A stretch of 40,451 nt of DNA, from NCBI GenBank assembly GCA_047621545.1, contig JBLHMA010000003.1, positions 1 to 40,451 on the forward strand, in the 5' to 3' direction. The notes below the pieces were generated by a model. It worked only from the letters and a program-made list of their open reading frames with translations, made no database searches and was not told where the DNA came from. Made by a program: the position numbers and the translations under genes. Below are positions 16,211-26,138 of the stretch, in pieces. The DNA is from Cognaticolwellia sp. (lineage in GTDB: Bacteria > Myxococcota_A > UBA796 > CAJQPC01). The first letter of the stretch is position 1. Every line of letters starts with the position of its first letter.

Positions 16211-17214
16211 TTGTCGATCTGCGCTCTGACACCGTCACCCGCCCCACCCCAGAGATGCTCCAAGCCATGTTCACGGCCGATGTCGGCGATGACGTGCTGG
16301 GAGACGACCCCAACTGCAATGCTCTGGAGGCCGAAGCGGCTGCGCTGACCGGCAAGGAGGCGGCCCTGTTCACGCCTTCGGGGACCATGGCCAACCAGAT
16401 CGCCATTCGCTGTTGGACCCAGCCCGGGGACGAGATCATCCTGGAGTCGGATGCCCACCCCTACCACTACGAGGCAGGCGGGGCGGCGGTCATCAGCGGG
16501 GTGCAGACCCGCCTGGTGCAGGGGGAGCGTGGTCTGTTGGACCCGGAGACCCTCTTCGCTGCGATCCGGCCCTACAACATTCACTTTGCCCAGGCTGCTC
16601 TGGTCTTGGTAGAGAACACGGCCAACCGAGGCGGTGGCACCGTCTACCCACTCTCGGTGCTCGAGCGCATCGGAGAAGGGTGCCGCGAGCGAGGCCTGCG
16701 GGTCCACATGGACGGTGCTCGGGTCATGAACGCCGTGGTCGCCAGCGGCAAGAGCTTGGCCGAGATTGTGGCTCCTGTGGACAGCGTCTCCATCTGCCTG
16801 AGCAAGGGCCTGGGCGCCCCAGTGGGCAGCATCCTGGCAGGCCCGGAAGACATGATCTTCCGGGCCCGCAAGGTGCGCAAGATGCTGGGCGGCGGCATGC
16901 GGCAGGCGGGTTTCATCGCGGCCGCTGGCCGCTACGCTCTGGTCCACCACGTTGAACGCTTGGCCGAGGATCACCGCCGCGCCCAGGAGCTGGCTGCTGG
17001 GCTGAACGCCCTGGGTTTAGGCACGCGGCCAGTGGAGACCAACATGGTCTATGTGCAGATTCCCAACGCCGAGGCTGCTGCTGAGCGACTCAACGCTGCG
17101 GGGGTGCTGTGTTTTGCCCTGAGCGATGACGCGATTCGTTTGGTCACCCACCTGGATGTGGACGACGCGGGCATCGCGCGGGCGGTTCAGGTCTTCGAAG
17201 GAATCGTGGGCTGA
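16207..17214 (+). CDS. ltaE: Low-specificity L-threonine aldolase
   Basis: ATGA overlap with gpm[35 protein letters not shown] and GGGMRQAG. Confidence 0.95.
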   Translation: MIVDLRSDTVTRPTPEMLQAMFTADVGDDVLGDDPNCNALEAEAAALTGKEAALFTPSGTMANQIAIRCWTQPGDEIILESDAHPYHYEAGGAAVISGVQTRLVQGERGLLDPETLFAAIRPYNIHFAQAALVLVENTANRGGGTVYPLSVLERIGEGCRERGLRVHMDGARVMNAVVASGKSLAEIVAPVDSVSICLSKGLGAPVGSILAGPEDMIFRARKVRKMLGGGMRQAGFIAAAGRYALVHHVERLAEDHRRAQELAAGLNALGLGTRPVETNMVYVQIPNAEAAAERLNAAGVLCFALSDDAIRLVTHLDVDDAGIARAVQVFEGIVG

Positions 17215-17241
17215 GCTTCCCAAAAGCGGAACTCACAGAGC

Positions 17242-17282
17242 AAAGAACCCCCGTCGGCAGTGCCGACGGGGGTTCTTTTTTG
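17242..17282. terminator. Bidirectional intrinsic terminator
   Basis: AAAGAACCCCCGTCGGCA-G-TGCCGACGGGGGTTCTTT followed by a T-run, between convergent genes. Confidence 0.9.
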
Positions 17283-17295
17283 GTCTCGCTGAGAC

Positions 17296-18846
17296 TCAGT
17301 CGCAGTTGGCCTTGCCAGCGTAGCTGACCTTGACCACATCGCCGCCTTCGGGAATGTCCTTCTCGAAGACCACCGTGTTTGCGGCCTCGTCGTAGTACCA
17401 GCCGCTGGTGATCTCTACGTCGTTTACGAGCACGACGAGGGTGCTCTCAACCGGGGTGGCCTGCAGCTCATAGGTGTCCACTGAAATGGAAGCCTTGGCC
17501 AGAGCGCTCATGTAGCTGGACCAGGAGCTGGCACAGATGCTGAGGAACTCACCACCGGTGTAGTTCACAGCGTCGTAGTAGCCGGTGCCGGGGTCTGCGC
17601 TGCCGCATCCACCTGGGTAGTCCCCGACGATGGCGGAGAGCTTGACCAGGGACGCGGAGCCCTTCGCGGCCTGAATCCGGTTGACGTAGTTGCTCCAGGA
17701 GCCGCTGCTCTGCTCGGGCTCGTCGCTGACCATGATGATGTGCAAGAGCGCACCGTCACGCATGAAGTTGGCGTTGCAGCCGCTGCTGCCCTTGGCGGCT
17801 TCTTCGGTGGCCAGGGCGGCTGGGGTGAGCAGCGCCTCGGTCAAGTAAGAGCCGGTGCCCTGCTTGACGGCCGTGGAGAACTTGCTCTCGTAGCCGGAAG
17901 TGGTGGACTTGAGGATGCCGGCGCTGTTGTTCTTGCAGCCGTCATCGCCGCCGACCACGATCACGTGCCAGTCGTTGGTGTAGGTGTCCAGGTTCTGGAT
18001 GAAGTAGCTGAAGTTGTTGGCCAGGCGGGCCTGGTCGTCGTCCATCGAGCAGGAGTTGTCCACCAGGAACATGATGTCGGTGGGTGGATCGAAGGGTACG
18101 GTCCACTTGTCCTTGTACTCGGCGGTGAACTTCCCTTCGCCCTCTGCGATGCCAATCAGGCTTGCGCGGGGACCGGTGTTGTTGACCACGAACTCGCCGG
18201 TGTAGGCGGACTCTTCGTTGGGGTCGAAGTAGATGCTCAGCTCGGTGCTGTCGCCTGGAGCCAAGGTCATGGGCAGGGACAGACTGTGGCTTAGGCCAAA
18301 GTCGGTCGTGCCAAAGTCATCGATGCTGGTGATGTCCAGGCTGTCGGTGCCGACGTTGGTCAGGCTTAGGTTGGCCTGCTGCTCGCAGCCTACGTAGGTC
18401 TTGCCGAAGTCGTAGGGGTTTGGGTTGATCTCCAGCTCGGGGACCAGGCCGCCGCCCAGCAGATCGACCGTGGCCTTGGGGACCATCTCGTCGTTGCTCG
18501 AGATGATGGCCAAGGTCTCTTGCTCTACGCCGAAGGGCGTGAACTCCACCTGAATGGCCTCGGACGCGCCAGCGGGCAGCACGAACTCAAGGTCGTCATT
18601 CAGGATGGTGAAGCCATCGTTTCCTGCGCCGAGCTCAATCCCAGACACCAGCAGCTCGCCGCCTCCGACGTTGGTGACCTCGAACTCCATCACGGAGAAG
18701 TCGCCGCGTACCAGCTCGCCGAAGTTCAGGACCTCGGGGGCCACTGCAATCTGAGGGTCGCCGGCTCCGTAGCCGTCCGTCTCAGGGTTCAGCTCGTACT
18801 CATTGCAAGCTGTGAGCCCTGCAAGCAGGGTCAAGGCGGTAATCAT
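17296..18846 (-). CDS. Lipoprotein with two choice-of-anchor-D/ASH Ig-like domains and a vWA domain
   Basis: Lipobox LTAC. Two LNFG/YDFG...TNVG Ig repeats. MIDAS motif DIMFLVDNSCSM and VSDEPEQS. Confidence 0.8.
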   Translation of the reverse strand: MITALTLLAGLTACNEYELNPETDGYGAGDPQIAVAPEVLNFGELVRGDFSVMEFEVTNVGGGELLVSGIELGAGNDGFTILNDDLEFVLPAGASEAIQVEFTPFGVEQETLAIISSNDEMVPKATVDLLGGGLVPELEINPNPYDFGKTYVGCEQQANLSLTNVGTDSLDITSIDDFGTTDFGLSHSLSLPMTLAPGDSTELSIYFDPNEESAYTGEFVVNNTGPRASLIGIAEGEGKFTAEYKDKWTVPFDPPTDIMFLVDNSCSMDDDQARLANNFSYFIQNLDTYTNDWHVIVVGGDDGCKNNSAGILKSTTSGYESKFSTAVKQGTGSYLTEALLTPAALATEEAAKGSSGCNANFMRDGALLHIIMVSDEPEQSSGSWSNYVNRIQAAKGSASLVKLSAIVGDYPGGCGSADPGTGYYDAVNYTGGEFLSICASSWSSYMSALAKASISVDTYELQATPVESTLVVLVNDVEITSGWYYDEAANTVVFEKDIPEGGDVVKVSYAGKANCD

Positions 18847-18891
18847 TCTGAGAGCCTCCGGAGCGCTGGTGCGCTCGATACGCGGTTACCA

Positions 18892-18907
18892 AGCAAAAAC
18901 CATGCCG
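18892..18907 (-). promoter_or_regulatory. Sigma-54 (-24/-12) promoter of the vWA lipoprotein gene
   Basis: Minus strand CGGCATGGTTTTTGCT with GG-N10-GC. Predicted +1 near 18881, upstream of a GGAGG RBS and the ATG at 18846. Confidence 0.6.
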
Positions 18908-19124
18908 GTTCTGGTGTCAAGAGGATCTCTACGGGATGTGACGGTCTTGTGCATAGGCTCTGGCTCACCGGGTTTGTGATCTGCGACAAAGATCTCCCAG
19001 GGTTCCGCTGGAGTGGGGCGCGAACACCCCACTCTCTTCCTGTCGCGTCCCTACGACTGACAGCCGAGGCTGTCAGCTTTCGTCGACCCGCTTCACGGGC
19101 TCCGGCGGGTCACGCGGCTCCGGC

Positions 19125-19168
19125 TCAGAGAACAACGGGGGTGAGGTGTGAACACCTCACCCCCGTTG
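19125..19168 (-). terminator. Intrinsic terminator after mdh
   Basis: Perfect inverted repeat CAACGGGGGTGAGGTGT / ACACCTCACCCCCGTTG, followed by TTCTCT on the minus strand. Confidence 0.75.
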
Positions 19169-19190
19169 GGTGTCACCAAAGGGTGCTGAC

Positions 19191-20171
19191 TTAGCCGAGC
19201 AGCTCGGTCACAGCAGCGCGCTCGCCCATCAGGTCGTCAGCGGACGCCTGGATCTTGGCCTGGGCCCAGTCGCTGTGCTCAATGTTGCTCACCGGAGTGA
19301 CCTTGCGATCCTTTACGGTGCAGGGAACCGAGTAGACGATGTCTGCTGGGATGCCGTAGTTGCTGCCGTCGCTGTACAGGCCGATCGAGGCGATCTCACC
19401 AGGGGCGGTGCCGTTCCACAAGGTGCTCATGTGGTCCACAGCTGCGGAGGCTGCGGAGGCTGCGGAGCTGGCGCCGCGGGCCTTGATGATGGCGCCGCCG
19501 CGGGTAGGAACGGTGTCCAGGAAGTGGCCCTCGAACCAGTCCTGGTCGATCTGCTCGGTGGCCAGTTTTCCGTTGACGCGGGCGTGGACAAAGTCGGGGT
19601 ACATGGTGGCGGAGTGGTTGCCGTAGATGGCCATGTTGCTGACTTTGCCGGGGGTCACGCCCAGCTTGCTGGCGATCTGGCTCTTGGCGCGGTTCTCATC
19701 CAGGCGGGTCATGGCGTGGATGCGGTCCTTGGGCAGGTCACCCGCGTTGTGCAGGGCGATCAGGGCGTTGGTGTTGGCAGGGTTGCCGACCACCAGGGCC
19801 TGCAGGTCGCTGGCGGCCTTTTGCAGAGCCTTGCCCTGGCCCACGAAGATTGGACCGTTGGCAGCGACCAGGTCAGCGCGGACCATGCCGGGACCGCGGG
19901 GGCGGGCGCCGACCAAGAATGCGTGGTTCACACCGTCAAAGGCCACATCGGCGCTGTCGGTGATCTCGATGCCGTGCACCAAGGGGAAAGCGCCGTCCAT
20001 CAGCTCCATGACCACGCCTTCCAGGGCCTTCATTCCGGGAGGAATCTCAAGCAACTGGAGGATGATGGGCTGGTCCAGGCCGTAGCAGGAGCCACAGGCC
20101 AGACGGAAGAGCAGGGCGTAGCCGATGTTGCCAGCGGCGCCGGTGATGGCAACCTTGATGGGAGCGTTCAT
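19191..20171 (-). CDS. mdh: Malate dehydrogenase
   Basis: [39 protein letters not shown] and GNHS. ATG at 20171 after GGAGA. Confidence 0.97.
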   Translation of the reverse strand: MNAPIKVAITGAAGNIGYALLFRLACGSCYGLDQPIILQLLEIPPGMKALEGVVMELMDGAFPLVHGIEITDSADVAFDGVNHAFLVGARPRGPGMVRADLVAANGPIFVGQGKALQKAASDLQALVVGNPANTNALIALHNAGDLPKDRIHAMTRLDENRAKSQIASKLGVTPGKVSNMAIYGNHSATMYPDFVHARVNGKLATEQIDQDWFEGHFLDTVPTRGGAIIKARGASSAASAASAAVDHMSTLWNGTAPGEIASIGLYSDGSNYGIPADIVYSVPCTVKDRKVTPVSNIEHSDWAQAKIQASADDLMGERAAVTELLG

Positions 20172-20251
20172 TTGGGTCTCCAAGAATGGGGAAGTAAAGG
20201 TAGAGCGGGTCTAACCCGGCAAGGAGCCGGGAGGCCCCTCTCAATGCGGTG

Positions 20252-20923
20252 TCAGATTCCGAGGAATTGGATCGCCAGCCCGCTTGCCAAGATGGCGAAA
20301 CCGGCCGCGAGGTTGCCGTAGCGCTCCACGGACTTGAGGGGCGCGAGGCGCAGCCCCATGGTGCCGATGGTGGCCATGACGAGCATGGAGCCGATCGTGC
20401 TCACGGAGAAGAGGCCGGCGACCTGGGCCACAAGCCACCAGTCTTGCTCAAATGCAGGCACCATGAGCACTGGAATCAGGGGCTCGCAGGGGCCCAACGC
20501 AAAGACGATGAACAGGCTCCAGAAGCTCACGGAGCCGGCCTTTTGGCCATCGCTCAGATCGTGGCTGTGCCCGTGTTCGGCGTTCTTGTGAAGGCGCCGG
20601 GCAGACCAAGCCATGTAGCCCAGCCCAAAGAGGATCAATCCCCAGGCGGCCATGGAGCCACGCACGGACTCGATCCACTCCATCATCCCCAAGGCCGTTC
20701 CCAGGGCAATTCCGATAAAGCCCAGGCCGATACTGCCGATCACGTGACCGGCGCCGCAAGCAGCGGTGATCCCGAGCACCTTGCCCAGAGACCACTTTCT
20801 GGCCCGTCCCAGGACGATGAAGGGCAGGTAGTGATCGACACCGACCACCGTGTGGAGCACTGCAACGGAGAGCGCCGCGGCCAACAACGGCGCACGGGCG
20901 GGATCCAGGAGAGCCATGGTCAT
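20252..20923 (-). CDS. Nickel permease (UreH/SodT-like) associated with NiSOD
   Basis: Multi-TM protein with LHT..G.DH, a His-rich loop (HGHSH) and LGPCEPLIP, downstream of sodN-sodX. Confidence 0.75.
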   Translation of the reverse strand: MTMALLDPARAPLLAAALSVAVLHTVVGVDHYLPFIVLGRARKWSLGKVLGITAACGAGHVIGSIGLGFIGIALGTALGMMEWIESVRGSMAAWGLILFGLGYMAWSARRLHKNAEHGHSHDLSDGQKAGSVSFWSLFIVFALGPCEPLIPVLMVPAFEQDWWLVAQVAGLFSVSTIGSMLVMATIGTMGLRLAPLKSVERYGNLAAGFAILASGLAIQFLGI

Positions 20924-20933
20924 CGCAGGCCGC

Positions 20934-21278
20934 TCATAGGAAGGTGCACACCACGCGGCCGATCAGCCGCTCGTTGGGGAAGGGGCCCAGGCTGCGGCTG
21001 TCGCTGCTCTGGGTGGGGTTGTCTCCGAGCAGGATCCAACCGCCGGGGACTTGGTGGCTGACCCGCTTGATCAGCAGAAAGCCGGGCCGCTCAGGATGCT
21101 CGGCGACCGCTAGATCACCGGGCTGTGGCACGCGCCGCCACGCTTCCATCAGGACCGTCTGGCCAGCCTGCAGTGTGGGCTCCATAGAGGAGCCCTGAAC
21201 CCGCACGCGTTTCAGGCGCCGCAGGAGCCAAAACACAAGATGCCGACCCTTGCGAGCCGGCACCTTGGGGTGGTTCAC
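20934..21278 (-). CDS. sodX: Nickel-type superoxide dismutase maturation protease
   Basis: S26 peptidase motifs V.G.SM.PTL, IKRV and GDN...S.DSR..G, adjacent to sodN. Confidence 0.9.
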   Translation of the reverse strand: MNHPKVPARKGRHLVFWLLRRLKRVRVQGSSMEPTLQAGQTVLMEAWRRVPQPGDLAVAEHPERPGFLLIKRVSHQVPGGWILLGDNPTQSSDSRSLGPFPNERLIGRVVCTFL

Positions 21279-21291
21279 CGGGGAACCTGAC

Positions 21292-21765
21292 TCAGCTGGC
21301 GGTGTACCAGGCGATGTCGCGGTTCTTGGTCTTCCAGAAGAGCTCGTGGATCTGCTTGACGTAGCTCATCACGTTCTCGGAGTGGTGCAGGCTGCACTCG
21401 ACCTTGGCGTAGGAGATCTCCTTGGTGGCCTTCCAGATGAGGTCATGGATCTCAGGATGCGCTTCGAGGTGGTGTGGCTTGAAGTAGTCGGTCCAGAGGA
21501 TGAGGATCTCCTTCTTGGCGACGGTGGCCTGCTCTTCCTTGATGGCGACGAAGCGGGCGAAGGTGTTGTGGTACTTGACCACGGCGGCCTTGTCGCTGTG
21601 GTCGGGAACTTCCAGGGCCAGCAGCTTCTTGGTCATGGAGAGCACAGCCTCGGCTGCGATGCGCGCGCTGGCGGGGTCGTAGACACCACAGGGGCCATCG
21701 CAGTGGGCGTGGACGGTGGTGGCGGGCAGGGCCTGGTCGAGGCGACGCATGATGCGGTTCAGCAT
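21292..21765 (-). CDS. sodN: Nickel superoxide dismutase precursor
   Basis: Ni-hook [12 protein letters not shown] after a leader peptide, and LWTDYFK. Confidence 0.97.
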   Translation of the reverse strand: MLNRIMRRLDQALPATTVHAHCDGPCGVYDPASARIAAEAVLSMTKKLLALEVPDHSDKAAVVKYHNTFARFVAIKEEQATVAKKEILILWTDYFKPHHLEAHPEIHDLIWKATKEISYAKVECSLHHSENVMSYVKQIHELFWKTKNRDIAWYTAS

Positions 21766-21864
21766 GGGGGTACTCCGTGTACGTGGGTGCTTGGGCGCGC
21801 ATCCCCTATCGGTCGCGTCCGCCCTGTCAAGGCACCGGTTAGGGAGCCGGACCCGGAGGCTTGC

Positions 21865-22629
21865 ATGCTGAAACTCGGCGAGTTGGAACTGTCAGAGCGT
21901 CTGATCCTTGGTACGGGCAAGTACCCCAGCTTTCCGGTGATGCAGGCCTGCCATCAGGCCGGCGAGACCCAGCTGGTCACTCTGGCGATCCGGAGGGTGG
22001 ACCTAAACGCTGGTGAAGGGGAGTCCATCCTGGACTTCATCGACCGGGAGAAGATCCACCTCCTGCCCAACACCGCGGGTTGCTACACCGCAGAGGAGGC
22101 CATCGTCACGGCCCGTTTGGCACGGGAGCTCCTGGGCACCCCCTTGCTCAAACTCGAAGTCATCGGCTGTCCCCGCACCCTCTTCCCGGACCCCGAAGGC
22201 ACCCTCGAAGCGGCCCGTGTCCTGGTCAAAGAGGGCTTTGTGGTGCTCCCATACGTGCAGGCGGATCCAGTCCTGTGCCAGCGCCTGGAGCAGCTTGGCT
22301 GTGCGGCGGTCATGCCCTTGGCGTCTCCAATCGGGTCTGGACTTGGGGTCCGCAACCCAGAGAACCTGCGCATCATTCGCGAGCTGGTGGACTGCCCGAT
22401 GATCGTGGACGCTGGGATTGGAACAGCGTCGGATGCCGCCATCGCCATGGAGCTTGGGGCGGATGCCGTGCTGCTCAACACTGCCGTGGCCGCGGCTGGG
22501 AATCCCGTCGCAATGGCACAGGCCTTCAAGCTGGCCGTACGTGCGGGGTACCTGGCAGCTGGGGCAGGTCGCATTCCTCGAAAGCTCTATGCCTCGGCGA
22601 GCTCTCCGGAAGATGGGTTGATCCGCTGA
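21865..22629 (+). CDS. thiG: Thiazole synthase
   Basis: [35 protein letters not shown] and [13 protein letters not shown] at 21865 after GGAGG. Confidence 0.96.
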   Translation: MLKLGELELSERLILGTGKYPSFPVMQACHQAGETQLVTLAIRRVDLNAGEGESILDFIDREKIHLLPNTAGCYTAEEAIVTARLARELLGTPLLKLEVIGCPRTLFPDPEGTLEAARVLVKEGFVVLPYVQADPVLCQRLEQLGCAAVMPLASPIGSGLGVRNPENLRIIRELVDCPMIVDAGIGTASDAAIAMELGADAVLLNTAVAAAGNPVAMAQAFKLAVRAGYLAAGAGRIPRKLYASASSPEDGLIR

Positions 22630-23213
22630 GCGATCCTGGGCCAGCGCCACGCCTGTTGGTCTTGAGTCGGGGGGAGCTGGATCCGCTGTTGGCCGTCGTC
22701 TCGGTCGGCTCCCTGGATGTCTTGATCCGGGAGCCTGACTTGGATCCCCCCACAGTCGAGGTCTGGCTGTCCGCGCTTCAGGCCGCCGGCGCCCGGGTGC
22801 GCCTTCACCTGAAAACTCCGGGCGCAGAAGTCCTGGCCCGGCGGCATGGGATTGCGGTTCATCTGGCCTCGCATGTGGAGGCGGCGCCGAAGGGGCTGCG
22901 TTTCTCCCAGTCCTGTCACAGCGTGGCCCAGGCGCGGGGAGCCTTTGAGCGGGGAGCCGAGTTCGTCTTTCTCTCGCCTGCTTTCAGACCGCACTCCAAA
23001 CCGCTGGATAAACGGGAGACTTGGGGCGTGGAGCGCTTGGCCAAAGCTCAGGAGGAGTTGGGACCGGTGCTGGCTCTGGGGGGGATTACGCCGGAGCGGG
23101 CGATGGCCCTGCGCGAGGAGGGGGTGCATGGGGTGGCGGTGCTGGGTGGGATTTGGCAGGCGTCGGATTCCGTGGAGCGGGTACGGAGCCTGCTTGCCGC
23201 TACCAGTCGTTGA
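22626..23213 (+). CDS. Thiamine phosphate synthase / TenI family protein
   Basis: VHL, SCHS, FLSP.F...SK, ALGGITP and GVAVLGGI. Follows thiG. Start uncertain (CTG 22626 or TTG 22656). Confidence 0.75.
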   Translation: MSDPGPAPRLLVLSRGELDPLLAVVSVGSLDVLIREPDLDPPTVEVWLSALQAAGARVRLHLKTPGAEVLARRHGIAVHLASHVEAAPKGLRFSQSCHSVAQARGAFERGAEFVFLSPAFRPHSKPLDKRETWGVERLAKAQEELGPVLALGGITPERAMALREEGVHGVAVLGGIWQASDSVERVRSLLAATSR

Positions 23214-23369
23214 TGTCCCGGTCCCAAGGCAGGGACACCTCGCCGGTGTAGTCCACGGTCTCGCCCGCACCGCCGGTCGCCGACCCTGTCGCCGCCGAGA
23301 TGCTGCCCAAGGTCTAGGGTCTCTTCGAGGTCCTTCCAGCCCGCATGGACAAGGGCGAGGCGCCCAGCC

Positions 23370-23429
23370 AAGATCTCCTACGACAACATGGCCAACGCCA
23401 TCGGCGCCTTTGAGCGCGGTCTGGTGAGT
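23370..23429 (+). pseudogene. Tiny remnant resembling a di-haem cytochrome c peroxidase segment
   Basis: KISYDNMANAIGAFERGLVS resembles the conserved ITFDNxAxAIxAFERTL helix. No CxxCH or full ORF around it. Confidence 0.4.
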
Positions 23430-23566
23430 GGGGCTGACACGCCGAGCGCTGACTCGAGCGGATGTGGCTGCCGCTTGGCGACTATACGTGTTTCGGCCTT
23501 GGTCGTCGGGCGCGACAGCGGAGTCCAGGATCGCGCCTCGCGTGGATTGCCGTGGTTTAATGGCGC

Positions 23567-24649
23567 ATGCTCAGCCTGTTTGTCCCCCTCGTCCTGCTCC
23601 TGCCAACCGCCCAAGCCTCGGCCTCCGACCGCAACGCGGTCAAGGCGGAGAAGGCCTTCGGGAAGGACAACTACGACAAGGCGCTCAAGAAGTGTTCCAA
23701 GGCACTGGATCAGGACGCCAGCAACAGTCGTGCCGCCGCTGTGTGCGGCACGGTTTTGTATTTGTGGGGCGCCTCCGGTGGGGACCGAGAGCTGGCCCAG
23801 GCTGGCAGCGACCTGCTGGACGGCGTTGCTTTCGCAAGCCCGGACCAGCCCTTTCTGCAGCTCTACCGGCAGGTGAAAGGCGCGGCCCTGATCAAGGCCC
23901 CCAACTTCCCTTGTGGGGAGGCTGAGAGCCAAGCGTGGGAGCAGGCGGAGCAGGCCTTTATGCGCCAGGACATGATCGGTGCCCGAAAGCAGTACCAGGT
24001 CGCCGCCAAGGGCTGTGAGAACCCGACGCTGTGGACCTACTACGGCGACACCTACTTTGCCGAGCAGGACTACGAGCAGGCCTTCTTGGCCTATGAGCAT
24101 GCCCTAGAGATCGACCCATACCACTGGCCGGCCCTGCGTTTCATCGGCGATGGCCACGTCAGGCAAGGGGACCAAGAGACGGGCTATGGCTGGGTGGCCA
24201 GGGCGCTGGCGGCCAATCCGGTCTACGAGTATGGCTGGATCTACCTGGAGGATTCTCTGGATCCCAGGGTCAAACAGGTCCGTGGCCTCAGCCTGCCGCC
24301 AATCACAGCGGGCAGCATCGTTGTGGAAGCCGGCGGTCTTCCACCTTTCACCGCCGACGTGCGCATGATCTACCAGATCGGCATGCAGGATGCCGCTGGC
24401 CAGGGGAGCTCGCACGAGCGCAGGCTCAACGCGCTTGAGATGAGCCTGTCGTTTGTTGAGGAGAACGGAAAGCTGGAGGATCCCGGGATGACGCTCTGGG
24501 CCCTGCTGGCCGAGGCCCGAGACGCCGGCCACTTCGAAGAAGCGGTGTTCATCCTGCTCCTCAACGAAGACATGGTGCCCGCATTCATGGACTACCGTGA
24601 AGGGCATATGGACAGTTTGGCGGCGTACGTGGTGAGTCTGCTGGACTAG
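23567..24649 (+). CDS. Secreted tetratricopeptide-repeat protein
   Basis: Signal peptide (..PTAQA) and TPR patterns (YYGDTYF...YEQA..AYEHALEIDP). Confidence 0.8.
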   Translation: MLSLFVPLVLLLPTAQASASDRNAVKAEKAFGKDNYDKALKKCSKALDQDASNSRAAAVCGTVLYLWGASGGDRELAQAGSDLLDGVAFASPDQPFLQLYRQVKGAALIKAPNFPCGEAESQAWEQAEQAFMRQDMIGARKQYQVAAKGCENPTLWTYYGDTYFAEQDYEQAFLAYEHALEIDPYHWPALRFIGDGHVRQGDQETGYGWVARALAANPVYEYGWIYLEDSLDPRVKQVRGLSLPPITAGSIVVEAGGLPPFTADVRMIYQIGMQDAAGQGSSHERRLNALEMSLSFVEENGKLEDPGMTLWALLAEARDAGHFEEAVFILLLNEDMVPAFMDYREGHMDSLAAYVVSLLD

Positions 24650-24659
24650 TCAGCCTCTC

Positions 24660-26138
24660 TCACCACCCGCCTCGAATCACCCCTTTCTGCACCTTGCCCA
24701 TCGCGTTCCGCGGCAAGGCTTGAACAGCACGCAGCGCCTTCGGACACTTAAACCCGGCCAGCTGCTCTCGCGCCCACACCACAAGATCTTCTGGGTCCGC
24801 TTCCCCTACGAAGAGCCCCACGACCTGCTCCCCCCACTCGGCATGAGGCACGCCGACGATGGCCACTTCCTGCACGCCGGGGTGCTCCAATAGAACCGTC
24901 TCGACTTCCCGCGGGTAGACGTTCAGGCCCCCGGAAATGACCATGTCACCGGCTCGTCCGACGATGGAAAAATAGCCATCTTTGCTGACTTTCCCCAAGT
25001 CGCCGGTGTGCATCCAGCCATCGCCGATGGCCGCTTGGGTCTGCTCGGGCAAGCCCAGGTAGCCCAGCATCACGCTGTCCCCAGCGATGCGGATCTCGCC
25101 GATCTGCTCGGGGCCCAAGTCCGCGCCGGTCTTTAGGTCGGTGATCTTGGCTCGGACGCCAGGGAGCGGCTGCCCGACGGTGCCAGCGCGGCGCTCTCCG
25201 TCGAAGGGGTTGGAGATCACAATACCGACCTCGGACATGCCGTAGCGTTCCAAGATGCGCAGCCCAGTCCGCTGCTCAAAGGCGGCGTGCACAGGGGCTG
25301 GCAGGGGCGCAGATCCACTCGTAAACAACCGCATGGTGCTCAGATCCGGCCGTAGATCGGACTGCAACAGGCGGTGGTGGAAGGTGGGCACGCCCATAAA
25401 GACGCTGACCCCGTGCTTTGGGATGGCCTGCCAGACGGCGTCGGCGTTGAACTTGGGCAGCCAGAGGGTCTGGGCTCCGGCCCAGAGAGCGACGAGCTGG
25501 GCGACGACCAAGCCGTGTACGTGGAAGAGAGGAAGGGCATGGAGTTGAACGTCATTGGGTGCCCAAGCCCAGGCCTGGTGCAGCGCTTCAATGCTGGCCC
25601 TTAGGTTTCCATGCGAGGACAGCGCGCCCTTGGGCCGACCTGTGGTGCCGCTGGTGTAGAGGAGCAGAGCGGGGGTATCGGCCGGCTGATCGGGGGAGGG
25701 GGTCTTGGCCGGTGGCGCGTACTGCAGGGACAGGGCCAGGGTGCCGGCGGGCTCCATTGGGCAGGGTGGGTCCTCTCTCAGGGCCTGGAAGCTCTCCTGG
25801 AGTACGACCGCGCGTTTGGCACCGGAGTCTTGCAGGGCGAAGCGCAGCTCTCGTGGGGTGTAGGCCGGGTTGAGAGGCAGCACCACCATGCCCTCGCTCA
25901 GGGCGGCCAGGGTCAGACTGAGCAGGGCGGGGTGCCTGGGCAGCTGCAGGGCCAGGGTGTCGCCTGGGCCCAGATCCCTCTGCTTGAGCCAGCCTCTGGC
26001 CTGGTCGATCTGCGTAGCGAGATCGGCGTAGCTCCAAGCCTGTGGGACCGGCAGGAGAGCCTGGGTCCAGTCGCCGATCCAAGCCAGGGCGGGCGCCTGT
26101 GGATCCCAGCGGGCGCGCATGGCGTTGACCAAGCTCAC
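24660..26138 (-). CDS. Acyl-CoA synthetase, malonyl-CoA synthetase (MatB)-like
   Basis: YTSGTTGRPKG, HALPLFHVHGL, ERYGMSE, TGDLG and PRNAMGKVQK. GTG at 26138 overlaps the upstream stop. Confidence 0.85.
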   Translation of the reverse strand: MSLVNAMRARWDPQAPALAWIGDWTQALLPVPQAWSYADLATQIDQARGWLKQRDLGPGDTLALQLPRHPALLSLTLAALSEGMVVLPLNPAYTPRELRFALQDSGAKRAVVLQESFQALREDPPCPMEPAGTLALSLQYAPPAKTPSPDQPADTPALLLYTSGTTGRPKGALSSHGNLRASIEALHQAWAWAPNDVQLHALPLFHVHGLVVAQLVALWAGAQTLWLPKFNADAVWQAIPKHGVSVFMGVPTFHHRLLQSDLRPDLSTMRLFTSGSAPLPAPVHAAFEQRTGLRILERYGMSEVGIVISNPFDGERRAGTVGQPLPGVRAKITDLKTGADLGPEQIGEIRIAGDSVMLGYLGLPEQTQAAIGDGWMHTGDLGKVSKDGYFSIVGRAGDMVISGGLNVYPREVETVLLEHPGVQEVAIVGVPHAEWGEQVVGLFVGEADPEDLVVWAREQLAGFKCPKALRAVQALPRNAMGKVQKGVIRGGW

